Origin: an uncultured Mollicutes bacterium
GTDB lineage: Bacteria > Bacillota_I > Bacilli_A > RFN20 > CAG-826
Length of the DNA: 64,000 nucleotides
NCBI GenBank assembly: GCA_900540385.1
Contig: UQFY01000003.1
Coordinates: 64,715-128,714 of the forward strand
Reading direction: 5' to 3'
Position numbers and translations under genes: made by a program. Positions 16,934 through 27,227 of this stretch are shown piece by piece. The notes beneath the pieces are model-generated. The model saw only the letters and a list, made by a program, of their open reading frames with translations. It was not told where the DNA came from and did not search any database. Within the stretch, counting starts at the first letter, position 1; the number at the start of each line of letters is the position of its first letter.

Positions 16934-18522
16934 TTTTTGCGATACTCCTGAGGTGAGATGCCATAATATTTTTTAAAGCAATGCGAGAAATAGTATGGGT
17001 CTTCATAGCCGATTTCGTGGGCTATTTGCGCTAATTTATTATTCGGATCGAGCAAAAGACGTTGGGCCATTTCCATTCTTTTAGAAGTTAAAAGGCGGGT
17101 AAAAGAAGTTCCTTGTTTTTTTAAGATGGCAAAGACATAAGAATTGGAATAGCCTAATTCTTTGGACAAAGATTCGACGGAAATGTCACTTTCTCGATAA
17201 TGCTCTTCGATATAGTTTTTCATATGAAGATAAGCCGTATCGATCCCTGTTAGACGGGTTCCGTTATTGATTTCGACGATTTTATCGATAAGGGTATTTA
17301 AGAATTCCAGAATGCTTTCCTTCCCTTTTTTGGCATAGAACTCATTGATTAAATCAATGTGAGAATGATAGGTTTCATGGAGTTTATCGATGGAAACACA
17401 TCCCTTTAATATGGAAGCAAGCAAATCGTTCAAAACAAGAAGATAGGAGTCACGAAACTCGATATTGGAGATATTCAAAACGATTTTCTTGACGAGTTCT
17501 TTTGCTTCAGCACTTCTTCCATAAAGAAGAGCGTTCGCGATGTTTTTATAATCACTATCATCCACCTTGCCGATTTTCTTTTCTTTGGATGCAAGATCGC
17601 CATAGAAAAGGACTAGCCCTTTTCCCATGATGGTTCGATATTCAAGTGCCCACCTTGTATGACGAAATAGTTTTCGGTAAGAAATCATTTCTTTGTTTGG
17701 TTCCGATATTTCGCTCACCGCGCAGGAAAAAGGAATAAAGCAGGCATGTTTAAGTTTTGCTAGGATCGTCGAAAGAGGAAGTTCAAGCTCTTCTTCATTG
17801 AACGGCTTATCGGAAAGAAAAAGGACGCCAAGCGAGGTTACTTCCCCGAAAGTAAAGAAACGTATGTCATTATGGAAGAGCTGGCTTAGGTTTTCTTCCA
17901 GATAATAATGGGCCAATTCCAATTCTTCGTATCCTAAAGAATCTTCTTCAGCATCTGGATCAAATAAGGCAAAAGCGATGTATTTGTTTTTTAAATCAAT
18001 GCCATCGTTTTTTAGTTTTTCATCGAACGTCTCGCTGATACCTTTCAATGTGATGAGTTTGAGAAGGTCAGCATTTTGTTCCGCTTTTAAAAGAGCTTCA
18101 TTGTGTTCTTTCGCTTTTTTAATATCCTTGTCAATTTGATTTGTGGTATCCAAACGATCTTTTGCTTTATAAAGAGCTTCTTTTAGCTCCGTATAAGAAA
18201 GAGGCTTCAATAAATAGGCGACCGCATCAAGTTGGATTGCTTGCTTAGCATAATCAAAATCATCAAAACCGCTTAAAAAGATAATTTGAATGAGAGGGTA
18301 ACTCTCTTTCAGGTTCTTGGCCAATTCCAAGCCTGTGACGAAAGGCATTTTAATATCCGTAATAACAATGTCTACGTCCGATAAAGAATCTAAATCTTCA
18401 AGAACGTCATATCCATTTTGATATGAGCCTTTAACTACAAAGTTGTCTTTTTCTTTTTCCAATAAGGAAAGCAATCTTGATCTTGTGGCTTCCTCATCGT
18501 CTGCGATTATGAGTTTGTACAT
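16930..18522 (-). CDS. Response regulator with an AraC-type HTH output (YesN-like)
   Basis: REC domain (LIIADDE...VITDIKMP...LLKP) plus a C-terminal AraC HTH (SYVFAILKKQGTSF...IAHEIGYEDPYYFSHCFKKYYGISPQEYR). Confidence 0.9.
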   Translation of the reverse strand: MYKLIIADDEEATRSRLLSLLEKEKDNFVVKGSYQNGYDVLEDLDSLSDVDIVITDIKMPFVTGLELAKNLKESYPLIQIIFLSGFDDFDYAKQAIQLDAVAYLLKPLSYTELKEALYKAKDRLDTTNQIDKDIKKAKEHNEALLKAEQNADLLKLITLKGISETFDEKLKNDGIDLKNKYIAFALFDPDAEEDSLGYEELELAHYYLEENLSQLFHNDIRFFTFGEVTSLGVLFLSDKPFNEEELELPLSTILAKLKHACFIPFSCAVSEISEPNKEMISYRKLFRHTRWALEYRTIMGKGLVLFYGDLASKEKKIGKVDDSDYKNIANALLYGRSAEAKELVKKIVLNISNIEFRDSYLLVLNDLLASILKGCVSIDKLHETYHSHIDLINEFYAKKGKESILEFLNTLIDKIVEINNGTRLTGIDTAYLHMKNYIEEHYRESDISVESLSKELGYSNSYVFAILKKQGTSFTRLLTSKRMEMAQRLLLDPNNKLAQIAHEIGYEDPYYFSHCFKKYYGISPQEYRKK

Positions 18523-18620
18523 TTTTGAGCCCTAATATAAACATATTACAATATTTTGTTTCTAAAACAAAACCTCCCTTATTGATGACGGAAGGGATAG
18601 ATATCATATGTTTTTAAGAA

Positions 18621-20261
18621 TTATATCCTATTTATTGCACCTATGGATTCTTTGTATTCGTTTCCAAGGAAATCCACTGGTTTGGATTCGATAGAAATGC
18701 AATTAGAAGAATCAAACAATTTGCTTTCTCTCATGAGAACGAATTCTTTTGCTTTATCCATGCCTATTCTTTCCGTAAGAGAGTCGCCACATATCGTTTT
18801 GGGTTTTGGATTAAAGGATTCAAAGTTTTCTAAATCTTCGATGTTTTCAATCTTTTTCTCCGAATAAACGACGTTACAAGTGGTAAATAAGTTCGTTTGG
18901 TTTCCAAGTTTTAAGGAAGGGTTCTCTGAAGTGCAGTAAATCAAATTGTTATAGAAATTCAATTTGCGATCATTATTGACTTCCAGAAGGATAGGAGAAG
19001 AAACGGAAGTAGAAATAATCGTGTTGTTATAGCATTCCATGTTCCCAATATGGTAATTCATGTAGATAATGCCTTTTTTTCCTAAATCATTCACGGAGAC
19101 GTTATAACGCAATATGACTTCATCCGAACTGGTTTTGGAGGCGGAGTTACAATTCAAAAACAAGCCAAACGAATTATCATGAGAATAGTTGTATTGGAAG
19201 AGAACTTTCTTGCTTTGCAAATCAGGGTCAAGCATAGCGCCATCTTGAATATTTCCATTCTCACGAACGCTAGCAAGGTTGTTATATCCTTCGTTTTTCT
19301 CCACAAGAATGTTATCGACATAAGAGGTAACAATGCTATTTCCTGCTTTGCAAGTCGTTGCCGTATCATGAACGAGATTATTTGTTATTTTGCTATCTAA
19401 AGCATTTCGAAGGAAGATGGCGTTCTTTGCAATGTTATTTATTTCGTTATTTTCAAGCGTTAAGTTCGTATGAGCGTATTGACTAAATGTTTCATCATAT
19501 GGCGAGACTTTTTCAATTTTCGCGCCAACGACTTTATACCAGGTTGCAATGCCTACATTCGATACATCTTCGATATGGCAATTACGAACAAGGAAGTCAT
19601 TGCTACGAGCTTTGCCATCCTTGCTCCACAAATGAATTCCTCCCGTGACTTTAGAAGCCATACTCATTCCCATATTTTGAGCATCGCTTGTTCCATATAT
19701 GTCATGAACATAGAGGTTTTCAAGATGGATGGAATCGTATGTCTTGATTTCAGCGGTGTTACTAGATAGTTCCACCAAAACACCCCTACGGTCCCCTTCT
19801 TCTTTTGAAGAATCGAATATTTCAAAGTCACGAAAGGTCAAATAGGAACAGTTTTTGATATAGACGATGCCTGTCCCTAGATGATTGTTACCGTCAATTT
19901 TTGGCAGAGCGCCCTCTCCATAAGAAGAAATCACGATTGGTTTATTCTTCTCTCCATGAAGGTCCTCTAAAGTGATTCCTCCAGAGAAAGAACTGCCTTT
20001 TTTGAAAAGGAGCCTATCCCCTGCTTCAAGATTGATTTTCTTTATATCCTCGAAAGAAGAGAACGGAGATTGTTCACTTCCGTCCCCGTTTTCTTTCGAA
20101 GAATCGAAAAAATAGGTCGATCCGTATTCGATTTGACTCGATTCTTGCATTTCAGAAGAGATGGATTCTTCATTCGTTGAAGAAGTTTTCTCTTCGTTTT
20201 GAGTGCAAGATAAAAGAGTTAATGTAAATAAGGTTAAAGCAAGAGGTAGTCCTTTTTTCAT
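18621..20261 (-). CDS. Lipoprotein with right-handed parallel beta-helix repeats (polysaccharide lyase/hydrolase-like)
   Basis: Lipobox LTLLSC|T. Repeated turn motifs are typical of the pectate-lyase fold (NCHIEDVSNVGI, NNEINNIAKNAIF, NNLVHDTA, YNYSHDN). Confidence 0.7.
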   Translation of the reverse strand: MKKGLPLALTLFTLTLLSCTQNEEKTSSTNEESISSEMQESSQIEYGSTYFFDSSKENGDGSEQSPFSSFEDIKKINLEAGDRLLFKKGSSFSGGITLEDLHGEKNKPIVISSYGEGALPKIDGNNHLGTGIVYIKNCSYLTFRDFEIFDSSKEEGDRRGVLVELSSNTAEIKTYDSIHLENLYVHDIYGTSDAQNMGMSMASKVTGGIHLWSKDGKARSNDFLVRNCHIEDVSNVGIATWYKVVGAKIEKVSPYDETFSQYAHTNLTLENNEINNIAKNAIFLRNALDSKITNNLVHDTATTCKAGNSIVTSYVDNILVEKNEGYNNLASVRENGNIQDGAMLDPDLQSKKVLFQYNYSHDNSFGLFLNCNSASKTSSDEVILRYNVSVNDLGKKGIIYMNYHIGNMECYNNTIISTSVSSPILLEVNNDRKLNFYNNLIYCTSENPSLKLGNQTNLFTTCNVVYSEKKIENIEDLENFESFNPKPKTICGDSLTERIGMDKAKEFVLMRESKLFDSSNCISIESKPVDFLGNEYKESIGAINRI

Positions 20262-20287
20262 GATTCATTTTCCTTTATGAGGCGCGG

Positions 20288-23200
20288 TTATTCTTTCTTT
20301 TTCTTTTGGAATAGTTTCCTAAAAGCAGGAATTTCATCATAAGCGAGAGCGAAAGCAAAGAAAGCAACGCTTAATCCGAAAATAGTATCAACAGTAATGC
20401 TTACACCATTTAAGGCTTTCATCCATGGAGGGGTGACGGTACGGAAAATGGTAGAAACATCAATTCCATTCATGGCATTAGAACGAAGGACGGTATAAAG
20501 AATACGGTGCGCTTCTTCTCTCATCGCATTCGTTAGAGCGCCATAGCCTTCTTTATATTTGTATAAGGCCGATTTATCTGCACTAACGGCATTATCTCCA
20601 TCAGGTAAAGCGCATCCGCCGAGGATTCCGCCAACCATATCCATATAGCCACCTTGCCAATAATCGGATACGGCAAATCCACTCATGCCGAACTCTTTTC
20701 TTAAAACAGAGTTGATGAAGCCTTGTTGGCTCGTCCAAGTGACGCCAATGCGGTTAAATCCTGTCATAACGTTTTCGGCATCCGCTTCTTCGATAGCGAT
20801 TTGGAATGGTTTGAGATAGTTTTCACGGATGGTTTGTTCATTCGCCCAAGTGTTGACGCCTTCACGATTCTTTTCCTGATCGTTTAAGATAGCGTGTTTC
20901 ATATAGACATAGACGCCCATCTTATGAATGCCTTGGACTTCTTTTGCGGCCACCTTTCCAGCAAGAGTGCCATCTTCAGAGGCATATTCAAAAGCACGTC
21001 CATTATAAGAACCACGATGGATGTTGATTCCTAAGCCATATAAGCCAGAATAGCCTGCCCATAGGCAATCTTCACCAACATATTCGCCTAACTCTTCCGC
21101 TAAATCGTTATTTCTTGTAGCCGCTAATAAGGATGGAGTTGGATAAGATATAGGTGAGGCATCCGAATCAGGATCGTCATATAAGAAAGTGAAGCGGTTT
21201 GTGGCAACGGTCGCATTATCTTCATAGCTATAAGAAGTTCCGCCAACTGGGCCTAAAGCACCGTTACCATCGATTGTTTGTGGTTTGCTTATGGTTTCGA
21301 TGCCTGCTGTTTTTCTTAAGCCGTTTGAAAGCAGCATAACCGTGTCTTCAAAGGTTAATTCATTTAATAATTTATCCCATTCAGGATCATCGTATTCCTT
21401 GTAGAAAAGATTGCCTTTTTCATCCATTGACATCATGGAGGCAAGAGTCAAGCCATTATCTTCTCCATACGTAGGATTTGGAATATCATCAGGTTGGATT
21501 GTTTCGGATTTTTTCTTTCCGTCTTGAATCATTCCAGAATTGGTTTTGACTCTGACATTATTAGGGAGTTTGGCGTTATTTTCATTTAAACCAAACTTTA
21601 CCGTGCCATTCCAATTTGAACGAGTGATATAGTTAACGGAATTATCTCCCCTATGTTCGTAAAGGTTCAAATCCGCATTATCGAATTGATTGGTGATTGC
21701 TTCGCCAGTGGCTTTGCTATGGGAATATATGGTGTCAGAGAATTGTTTATTGAACTTATAGGTTAATTGAGCATTTCCATTCTCATCCATTCCTTTGGAG
21801 GTGTCGTAGCCTTTTGCTGCAAGAACATTGTTCAAAGCCTCATGAGCGTTTTTTCCAGTCGCAAAATAATAGTCTCCTTCATCAAGGATGTATGTTTTTG
21901 CTTTATAGGAATCATAGGAAGCTAGTTCTCTTCCCTCAACCGTGACGGTAACCGTTTCCGAAGCTCCTGGTTTTAGTAAAGAAGTTTTTGCATAGTCAAC
22001 GAGTTCAATGGACGCTTTTTCGACGTGATTGTCTTTATCATATTTTGTATATGGCTTTTGAAGAAAGAAATCCACTCCTTCTTTGCCAGAAACATTACCT
22101 GTGTTTGTTACCTTGACAGACAATTCATAGGTATCTTCTTTCGTATTTTCTTTGACTTGGAAATCGGAATAAGAGAAGGTGGTGTAACTTAGGCCATACC
22201 CAAAAGGATAGGCGACTATATCTTTATAAGAGAAATCACCAACGTTATCCGTCTTTAAAACTTTGTCTTCATAACGTGTTTCCGTATAACGGTAGCCATT
22301 ATAAATGCCTTCTTGATAAACGACGTAACGGTTACTTTTTCCACCGTTTGCTGTTGAGATAGGATCGCCTTCATTAGTGTAAGAGCCAAAATTTGCATAC
22401 ACCGGGTTGTAAGCATGTTTTTTCCAATAAGTGTCGGTTAATTTCCCAGATGGATTTGCTTTGCCATTTAGGATTTTAGCAATACCGTCCGTGCAATTGC
22501 TTCCACCGATGCCGACCCAAAGGAGAGAATCGATTCCGTATTCTTCTAAATCAACATAGTCACATTGCACTTGGTTGACGCTATTAAGAAGAACAATGAT
22601 TTTTTGAATGGCTCCTTTATCTTTTAAAGTTTTAAGATTCTTAAGAACGTCAATTTCGGAAGGAGAAAGTTCTAGATAATTTCCATGGGAATAATCTGAA
22701 GTATTTCCACCGGTGTTTTTTAAATCGGTTGCTTCCGTTCCATATCGAGAGAGAACGAAAATGCCTGCTTCAGCTGGGTCGTTCTTGTTATTTCCTATTT
22801 GTGACCATTTTGCATCATTAATCGTATATTTTGCCGCATCAGAAGAGGTGTTCGTTGTATGATCGCCATTGTATTGTTTATTGGTTGAATACCAATCCCA
22901 AAGACCTTGATTTACTTGAAAACCATTCTTTTCAAGGCCTTCTTTTAAAGAAACAAATTCCGAACGTTTTGCAAAAGAAGAACCGCCACCTGAGTAAATA
23001 TAGTTAACACTGGAAGAACTATATAAATTGATTTTTGCTCCAGCCTTCAAAGGCAAAGCGTGGTTATCGTTTTTAAGAAGAACCGCGCCTTCCTGGGTAA
23101 TTCTAGAGGTAGCATCCTTTGCATCGTCTTGCAAATCGGCTATTGAAGAATAATTAGAGAAATAATAGATATTCTCCACTTCATCACCTGAATCCACTTT

Positions 23201-23335
23201 TTCTTGCGTTGTTTGACCTAAAAAAGCGGTTATGGCACCAGAATTATCCATGGCGATTTTTCCGCCAACAGCCATAACGCCAAAAGCAAGAGTCGATATA
23301 TTCGCTACGATTTTTGCGAGTTTTGTTAATTTCAT
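20288..23335 (-). CDS. Glycoside hydrolase family 3 (beta-glucosidase/xylosidase-like) with reversed domain order and TM segments at both termini
   Basis: The GH3 C-terminal-domain motif EGAVLLKNDNHALPL lies near the N-terminus. PFGYGLSYTTFSYSDF and an Fn3-like segment follow. The catalytic barrel with nucleophile motif GFAVSDYW lies near the C-terminus. Hydrophobic segments occur at the N-terminus (ISTLAFGVMAVGG) and C-terminus (IFGLSVAFFAFALAY). Confidence 0.85.
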   Translation of the reverse strand: MKLTKLAKIVANISTLAFGVMAVGGKIAMDNSGAITAFLGQTTQEKVDSGDEVENIYYFSNYSSIADLQDDAKDATSRITQEGAVLLKNDNHALPLKAGAKINLYSSSSVNYIYSGGGSSFAKRSEFVSLKEGLEKNGFQVNQGLWDWYSTNKQYNGDHTTNTSSDAAKYTINDAKWSQIGNNKNDPAEAGIFVLSRYGTEATDLKNTGGNTSDYSHGNYLELSPSEIDVLKNLKTLKDKGAIQKIIVLLNSVNQVQCDYVDLEEYGIDSLLWVGIGGSNCTDGIAKILNGKANPSGKLTDTYWKKHAYNPVYANFGSYTNEGDPISTANGGKSNRYVVYQEGIYNGYRYTETRYEDKVLKTDNVGDFSYKDIVAYPFGYGLSYTTFSYSDFQVKENTKEDTYELSVKVTNTGNVSGKEGVDFFLQKPYTKYDKDNHVEKASIELVDYAKTSLLKPGASETVTVTVEGRELASYDSYKAKTYILDEGDYYFATGKNAHEALNNVLAAKGYDTSKGMDENGNAQLTYKFNKQFSDTIYSHSKATGEAITNQFDNADLNLYEHRGDNSVNYITRSNWNGTVKFGLNENNAKLPNNVRVKTNSGMIQDGKKKSETIQPDDIPNPTYGEDNGLTLASMMSMDEKGNLFYKEYDDPEWDKLLNELTFEDTVMLLSNGLRKTAGIETISKPQTIDGNGALGPVGGTSYSYEDNATVATNRFTFLYDDPDSDASPISYPTPSLLAATRNNDLAEELGEYVGEDCLWAGYSGLYGLGINIHRGSYNGRAFEYASEDGTLAGKVAAKEVQGIHKMGVYVYMKHAILNDQEKNREGVNTWANEQTIRENYLKPFQIAIEEADAENVMTGFNRIGVTWTSQQGFINSVLRKEFGMSGFAVSDYWQGGYMDMVGGILGGCALPDGDNAVSADKSALYKYKEGYGALTNAMREEAHRILYTVLRSNAMNGIDVSTIFRTVTPPWMKALNGVSITVDTIFGLSVAFFAFALAYDEIPAFRKLFQKKKKE

Positions 23336-23346
23336 ATTTTTCTCCT

Positions 23347-23769
23347 TTAGCAGTCTTTGGTGCCTTTTAGATAAATCGACACATTAGAAAAAACGGCCGC
23401 CAATAGATAAAAAACAATGCAGAGAATTACTTTGCTATCAACTAAAGCGATAGCTTCAGGAGTAACCCCGTTATAGAAAACGCCACTAAAATACATATAA
23501 ACATAGAGGACGAATAAAAGAAAGGTGACCAAATTAAGCACCCATAAAGCAATGGATGCATAATTGCTCGTCTTTTTAAAAAGCAATAATCCCGCATAAA
23601 CGGCAATACCAACAAAAGCTGGTATTGTCGCTAATGCGTTACGATATTCCAATAAAGTTCCAGAAAATCCTAAATAAAAGATATTTCCTAGAAGGGCAAG
23701 AAGTATAGAAACAATGGCAAAGTAGAACCCCACTGTCTTATAAAAGGATGCGTTAAGATATTTTTTCAT
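23347..23769 (-). CDS. Four-TM membrane protein of unknown function
   Basis: 140 aa with four hydrophobic helices. It is tightly packed between the GH3 and Big_2 genes. Confidence 0.55.
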   Translation of the reverse strand: MKKYLNASFYKTVGFYFAIVSILLALLGNIFYLGFSGTLLEYRNALATIPAFVGIAVYAGLLLFKKTSNYASIALWVLNLVTFLLFVLYVYMYFSGVFYNGVTPEAIALVDSKVILCIVFYLLAAVFSNVSIYLKGTKDC

Positions 23770-23777
23770 TTTTTCAC

Positions 23778-25748
23778 CTATTTTGCGACTTTTGCGACGG
23801 TGCTCACACCAACGGTGATTTTGTATGAACCAATGGCTTTGAGTTTGAATTGGAATGGCTTTTTAGCAGTCGAATCGAAATCAAAAGTGTAAGTTCCTTC
23901 TGCTTCTTTTGTTAAATCGTCGACGGTTTTTCCTTCTGCAGCTGCCCCCGTAATGGTAACAGATGGAACTTCTTTTCCTACATATGCAAATTTATATGTA
24001 ACGGTTGTTGTTCCGTCATCTTTTGGCGCATAACGTAAATAGGAGAAGGCTTCCTTTCCACCATTATTCGAACTAATTACGAAATCGATGGTTTTTCCAT
24101 CTTGGCTAATCTTACGCTCGGATGTTTTAGATCCATTCCCATCGAAATAGAACCATTTTCCTCTATTTTCAGCTTGAAGGACCGTTGCGTTGTTCCCGGA
24201 AGTTAAATCTGTGCGTGTATCTTCTACCGTGGAATCTATGACAGTAACATCACAAGAAGCGGAGAAGGAGCCAGAGATAGCAGTGATTGTTGCAACGCCT
24301 TTTGATTTGGCGGTTACTTTGCCATTTTCCACTGTTGCTACCGCTTCGTTATTCGAAGACCACTCTATTTGTGGATTTTCTTCTCCTGGAATTCTTGCTG
24401 TTAATGTGAATTCTTTTTCGCCAGCCAAATCAAGAGTCTTTTTCTTTTCGCTTAAGGTGAGACGTTTTACTTCTCCTGTTTTTTCAAAGATAGGAAGAAT
24501 GTGAAATTTCCCTGTGCATTTGAATTTGATTTGAGTTGGTGCACTATCGGCCGGATCAGAGGAGTCAAAGGACAATTCAACTTTATTTAATCCTGCTGGA
24601 TAATCTGTATCAGAACCGCCGTTAATGCTTAATTTTGCTTCCTTTTCAGCATAGAAATAAAGGGTTTCTTTATAGGAATATCCTCCGGTTGCATCTGGTT
24701 GATAGCGTAAATAGAAGAAGTTTGATCCTTTAAGATTTCCTTCAGCATCCCCAACACGCAAGATATTGACATTGATTAATCCGCCTTCAATTGTTGGAGC
24801 CGATTCTATTTGAACGTTTTCTTCGTTTTCACAAAGATAGACCCATTTTGTAGGATTTTTTGCAGCATCGGCTTTCTTGCCGACCATTAATTCTTCAGCC
24901 TCACCTGTTTCTTTAACAATCAAAACACATGTGGCATCAACGCCGTCTGCTGCTGAAGCAAGGTGAATTGTGCTCATGCCGACTTTCTTTGGAGTAACAA
25001 CGCCATTAGCTACTGAAGCAATCGTTTCATCTTCAATGCTATAAGTAGCATCAGCCGATGGGGTTCCTTTTAATTCCAAAGTTAAATTTGTGCCCAATGT
25101 TGCAATCACTTTTTCTTTAGCAAAAGAGAAATCATTGGCACGCACGGTGACAACACAAGAAGCGCTTAAAGTTCCGTTTGTTACGGTGATGGTTGCTTTT
25201 CCGCTCTTATGCCCCGTAACAAGACCGCTTTGAGATACGCTAGCAATATCCTCATGATCAGAAGACCAGGTGATATTCTTGTTATCATCGTTAACGGTCG
25301 CAGACAATTGATAAGTATTTGTCTCAGAAAGAGAAATGGTTATATTGGTTTCATTCAATGTAATCGAATGGCTTGTGACAACCACTTTTATTTCTTTGCT
25401 TTGAAGAATAGTTATGCTCTTATTTTTTCTAGCATTAACGGTTATGGTTGCCTCTCCATCTGCAATAGCCGTAATCACGCCATTACGAACTTTAGCCACG
25501 TTCTTATCAGATGATGTCCAGCTTAATGTATATAAAGAATCATCATTTGTTGTGGCAGTAATCGTTTCTTCTTCCCCAACATTTAAAGTTACTTCTGTTT
25601 TAGAAACGGTGAGCCCTACATCTGTATCTCCAACGTTTTGTTTGGAAGATTCCGTAGATCCTGGGTTGTTTTCTCCACAGGAGGTTAAAATTCCTCCAAA
25701 AGTTAACGCAAATAACGAACTAAGAATAATGACTTTAGTTTTTTTCAT
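23778..25748 (-). CDS. Surface lipoprotein with multiple Big_2 (bacterial Ig-like) domains and two copies of an unassigned roughly 130-aa domain
   Basis: Start MKKTKVIILSSLFALTFGGILTSC|G at 25748. Big_2 signatures recur (WTSSDKNVAKVRNGVITAIADGEATITV, WSSDHEDIASVSQSGLVTGHKSGKATITV, WSSNNEAVATVENGKVTAKSKGVATITA). Confidence 0.8.
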   Translation of the reverse strand: MKKTKVIILSSLFALTFGGILTSCGENNPGSTESSKQNVGDTDVGLTVSKTEVTLNVGEEETITATTNDDSLYTLSWTSSDKNVAKVRNGVITAIADGEATITVNARKNKSITILQSKEIKVVVTSHSITLNETNITISLSETNTYQLSATVNDDNKNITWSSDHEDIASVSQSGLVTGHKSGKATITVTNGTLSASCVVTVRANDFSFAKEKVIATLGTNLTLELKGTPSADATYSIEDETIASVANGVVTPKKVGMSTIHLASAADGVDATCVLIVKETGEAEELMVGKKADAAKNPTKWVYLCENEENVQIESAPTIEGGLINVNILRVGDAEGNLKGSNFFYLRYQPDATGGYSYKETLYFYAEKEAKLSINGGSDTDYPAGLNKVELSFDSSDPADSAPTQIKFKCTGKFHILPIFEKTGEVKRLTLSEKKKTLDLAGEKEFTLTARIPGEENPQIEWSSNNEAVATVENGKVTAKSKGVATITAISGSFSASCDVTVIDSTVEDTRTDLTSGNNATVLQAENRGKWFYFDGNGSKTSERKISQDGKTIDFVISSNNGGKEAFSYLRYAPKDDGTTTVTYKFAYVGKEVPSVTITGAAAEGKTVDDLTKEAEGTYTFDFDSTAKKPFQFKLKAIGSYKITVGVSTVAKVAK

Positions 25749-26054
25749 ATTTTTCGTCTTTCCTGTTTGTTCAAAGAACGATGAAAGCCCTTTCTTCAAA
25801 AAATTTTATTGCGTTGTTTAAAGAATAACTATTGCAATATTTGTTTGCATATATTGCGTTTTTTCTATAGTGTAAAGGATTGAAACGAGTTACTTTTTTA
25901 CCGATTTGTTCGAATATAACGTTCCTATCTCTCTCGGAAATAGTCGATAAATATATAAGAGGATTTTGCTTTCAGGGGGCACCATAAAAAATCAAAGATT
26001 CGTTAAAACGTCCTATTTTGTTGCGATAACTTTGTCATCTAACAAAAATTTTCC

Positions 26055-27227
26055 TTATTTACCGATTTTTCTTTGCTTATTAATCAAATAACTTATTTCT
26101 AACAAAGATATATTTAATATTAGGAATATGCCTAAATAAATCGGCATCATGTAGTAACCAGTTCTTTCTTCAATTAATCCAAATACAGTCGGCATGAATG
26201 TTGAGCCTAGATAAGCACTAGCCATCTGTAGCCCAATGACTGAAGCGGCATATTCATGCCCGAAATTAATCGGTGCCATATGTTGAATTGAAGGATAAAT
26301 CGGTCCCATTCCTAATCCTATTACAATAAATCCAATTATAGGCAAAATGTAATTATCTATATTTATTGATATTAATATTATTCCAATTAATTCAATCCCT
26401 ATTCCAATGCGAATTAGATTTCTATCATTTAATTTGTTCGCGAATATTCCTGACAATAATCTACCTAGCATTAAACCAAGGAAGATTAAAGACCCGCAGG
26501 CAGCGATTATATCTTCTCCTAGATAATCGAATCTATTTTTAAAATATGTCGAAGTCCATAAGAAACAAGTAGCCTCCCCTGCACAATAGGAAAAGAAGGC
26601 AATAAGAGTCAATATAACTGCAGGTATCTTTAAAGTAGAAAATATGCCTTTTGTTTCTTTTTGGATTTCAACATCTTTCTTCTCATTCATTTTCCATAAA
26701 GGAATAGAAAGGATACATATTAATAATATTCCTATTTGGATATAGGCAGTCCATCTATATCCTTGATTCCAATGGGCATATCTAAGGGCAATAGACATGA
26801 TATTAGGGCTAATTACCGCACCGATTCCATAAAAGCAATGAAGGAAATTCATTACCCTAGAAGAATAATTTAATGCTACATAATGATTAAGTGCAGCATC
26901 AATTGATCCAGCACCTAATCCATAAGGAATAGCAAATATAAATAACATCCAGTATTTGCTTGAAAAAGAGAATCCCAATAATCCAATTATTGTTAATAAT
27001 ATCGAGAATATTACTATCCATTTTGTTTGTATTTTCTTTATTAAAGTCGGAGAGATTAATGAAGAAATAATAGTCATTAGGCAGATTGTCATTGAGACAT
27101 AACCCGCAAATGAAGAAGGAACATCAAAAACTATTCTCATGCTAGGCCAGGCTGATCCCAATAAAGAATCAGGTAGTCCTAGGGATATAAATGCAAGATA
27201 TATAACTGCGATTAATAAAGCTGCCAT
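26055..27227 (-). CDS. MFS transporter
   Basis: About 12 TM helices. Visibly more AT-rich than the flanking genes. Confidence 0.8.
   Translation of the reverse strand: MAALLIAVIYLAFISLGLPDSLLGSAWPSMRIVFDVPSSFAGYVSMTICLMTIISSLISPTLIKKIQTKWIVIFSILLTIIGLLGFSFSSKYWMLFIFAIPYGLGAGSIDAALNHYVALNYSSRVMNFLHCFYGIGAVISPNIMSIALRYAHWNQGYRWTAYIQIGILLICILSIPLWKMNEKKDVEIQKETKGIFSTLKIPAVILTLIAFFSYCAGEATCFLWTSTYFKNRFDYLGEDIIAACGSLIFLGLMLGRLLSGIFANKLNDRNLIRIGIGIELIGIILISINIDNYILPIIGFIVIGLGMGPIYPSIQHMAPINFGHEYAASVIGLQMASAYLGSTFMPTVFGLIEERTGYYMMPIYLGIFLILNISLLEISYLINKQRKIGK

Noticed and set aside
25875-25895. aaaggattgaaacgagttac resembles the tRNA-His T-arm segment gggatttgaacccgtg, a possible attR for the MFS islet
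   Set aside because: Only about 11 of 14 positions match, with an indel, in AT-rich sequence. That is too weak to call an att site without comparative data.
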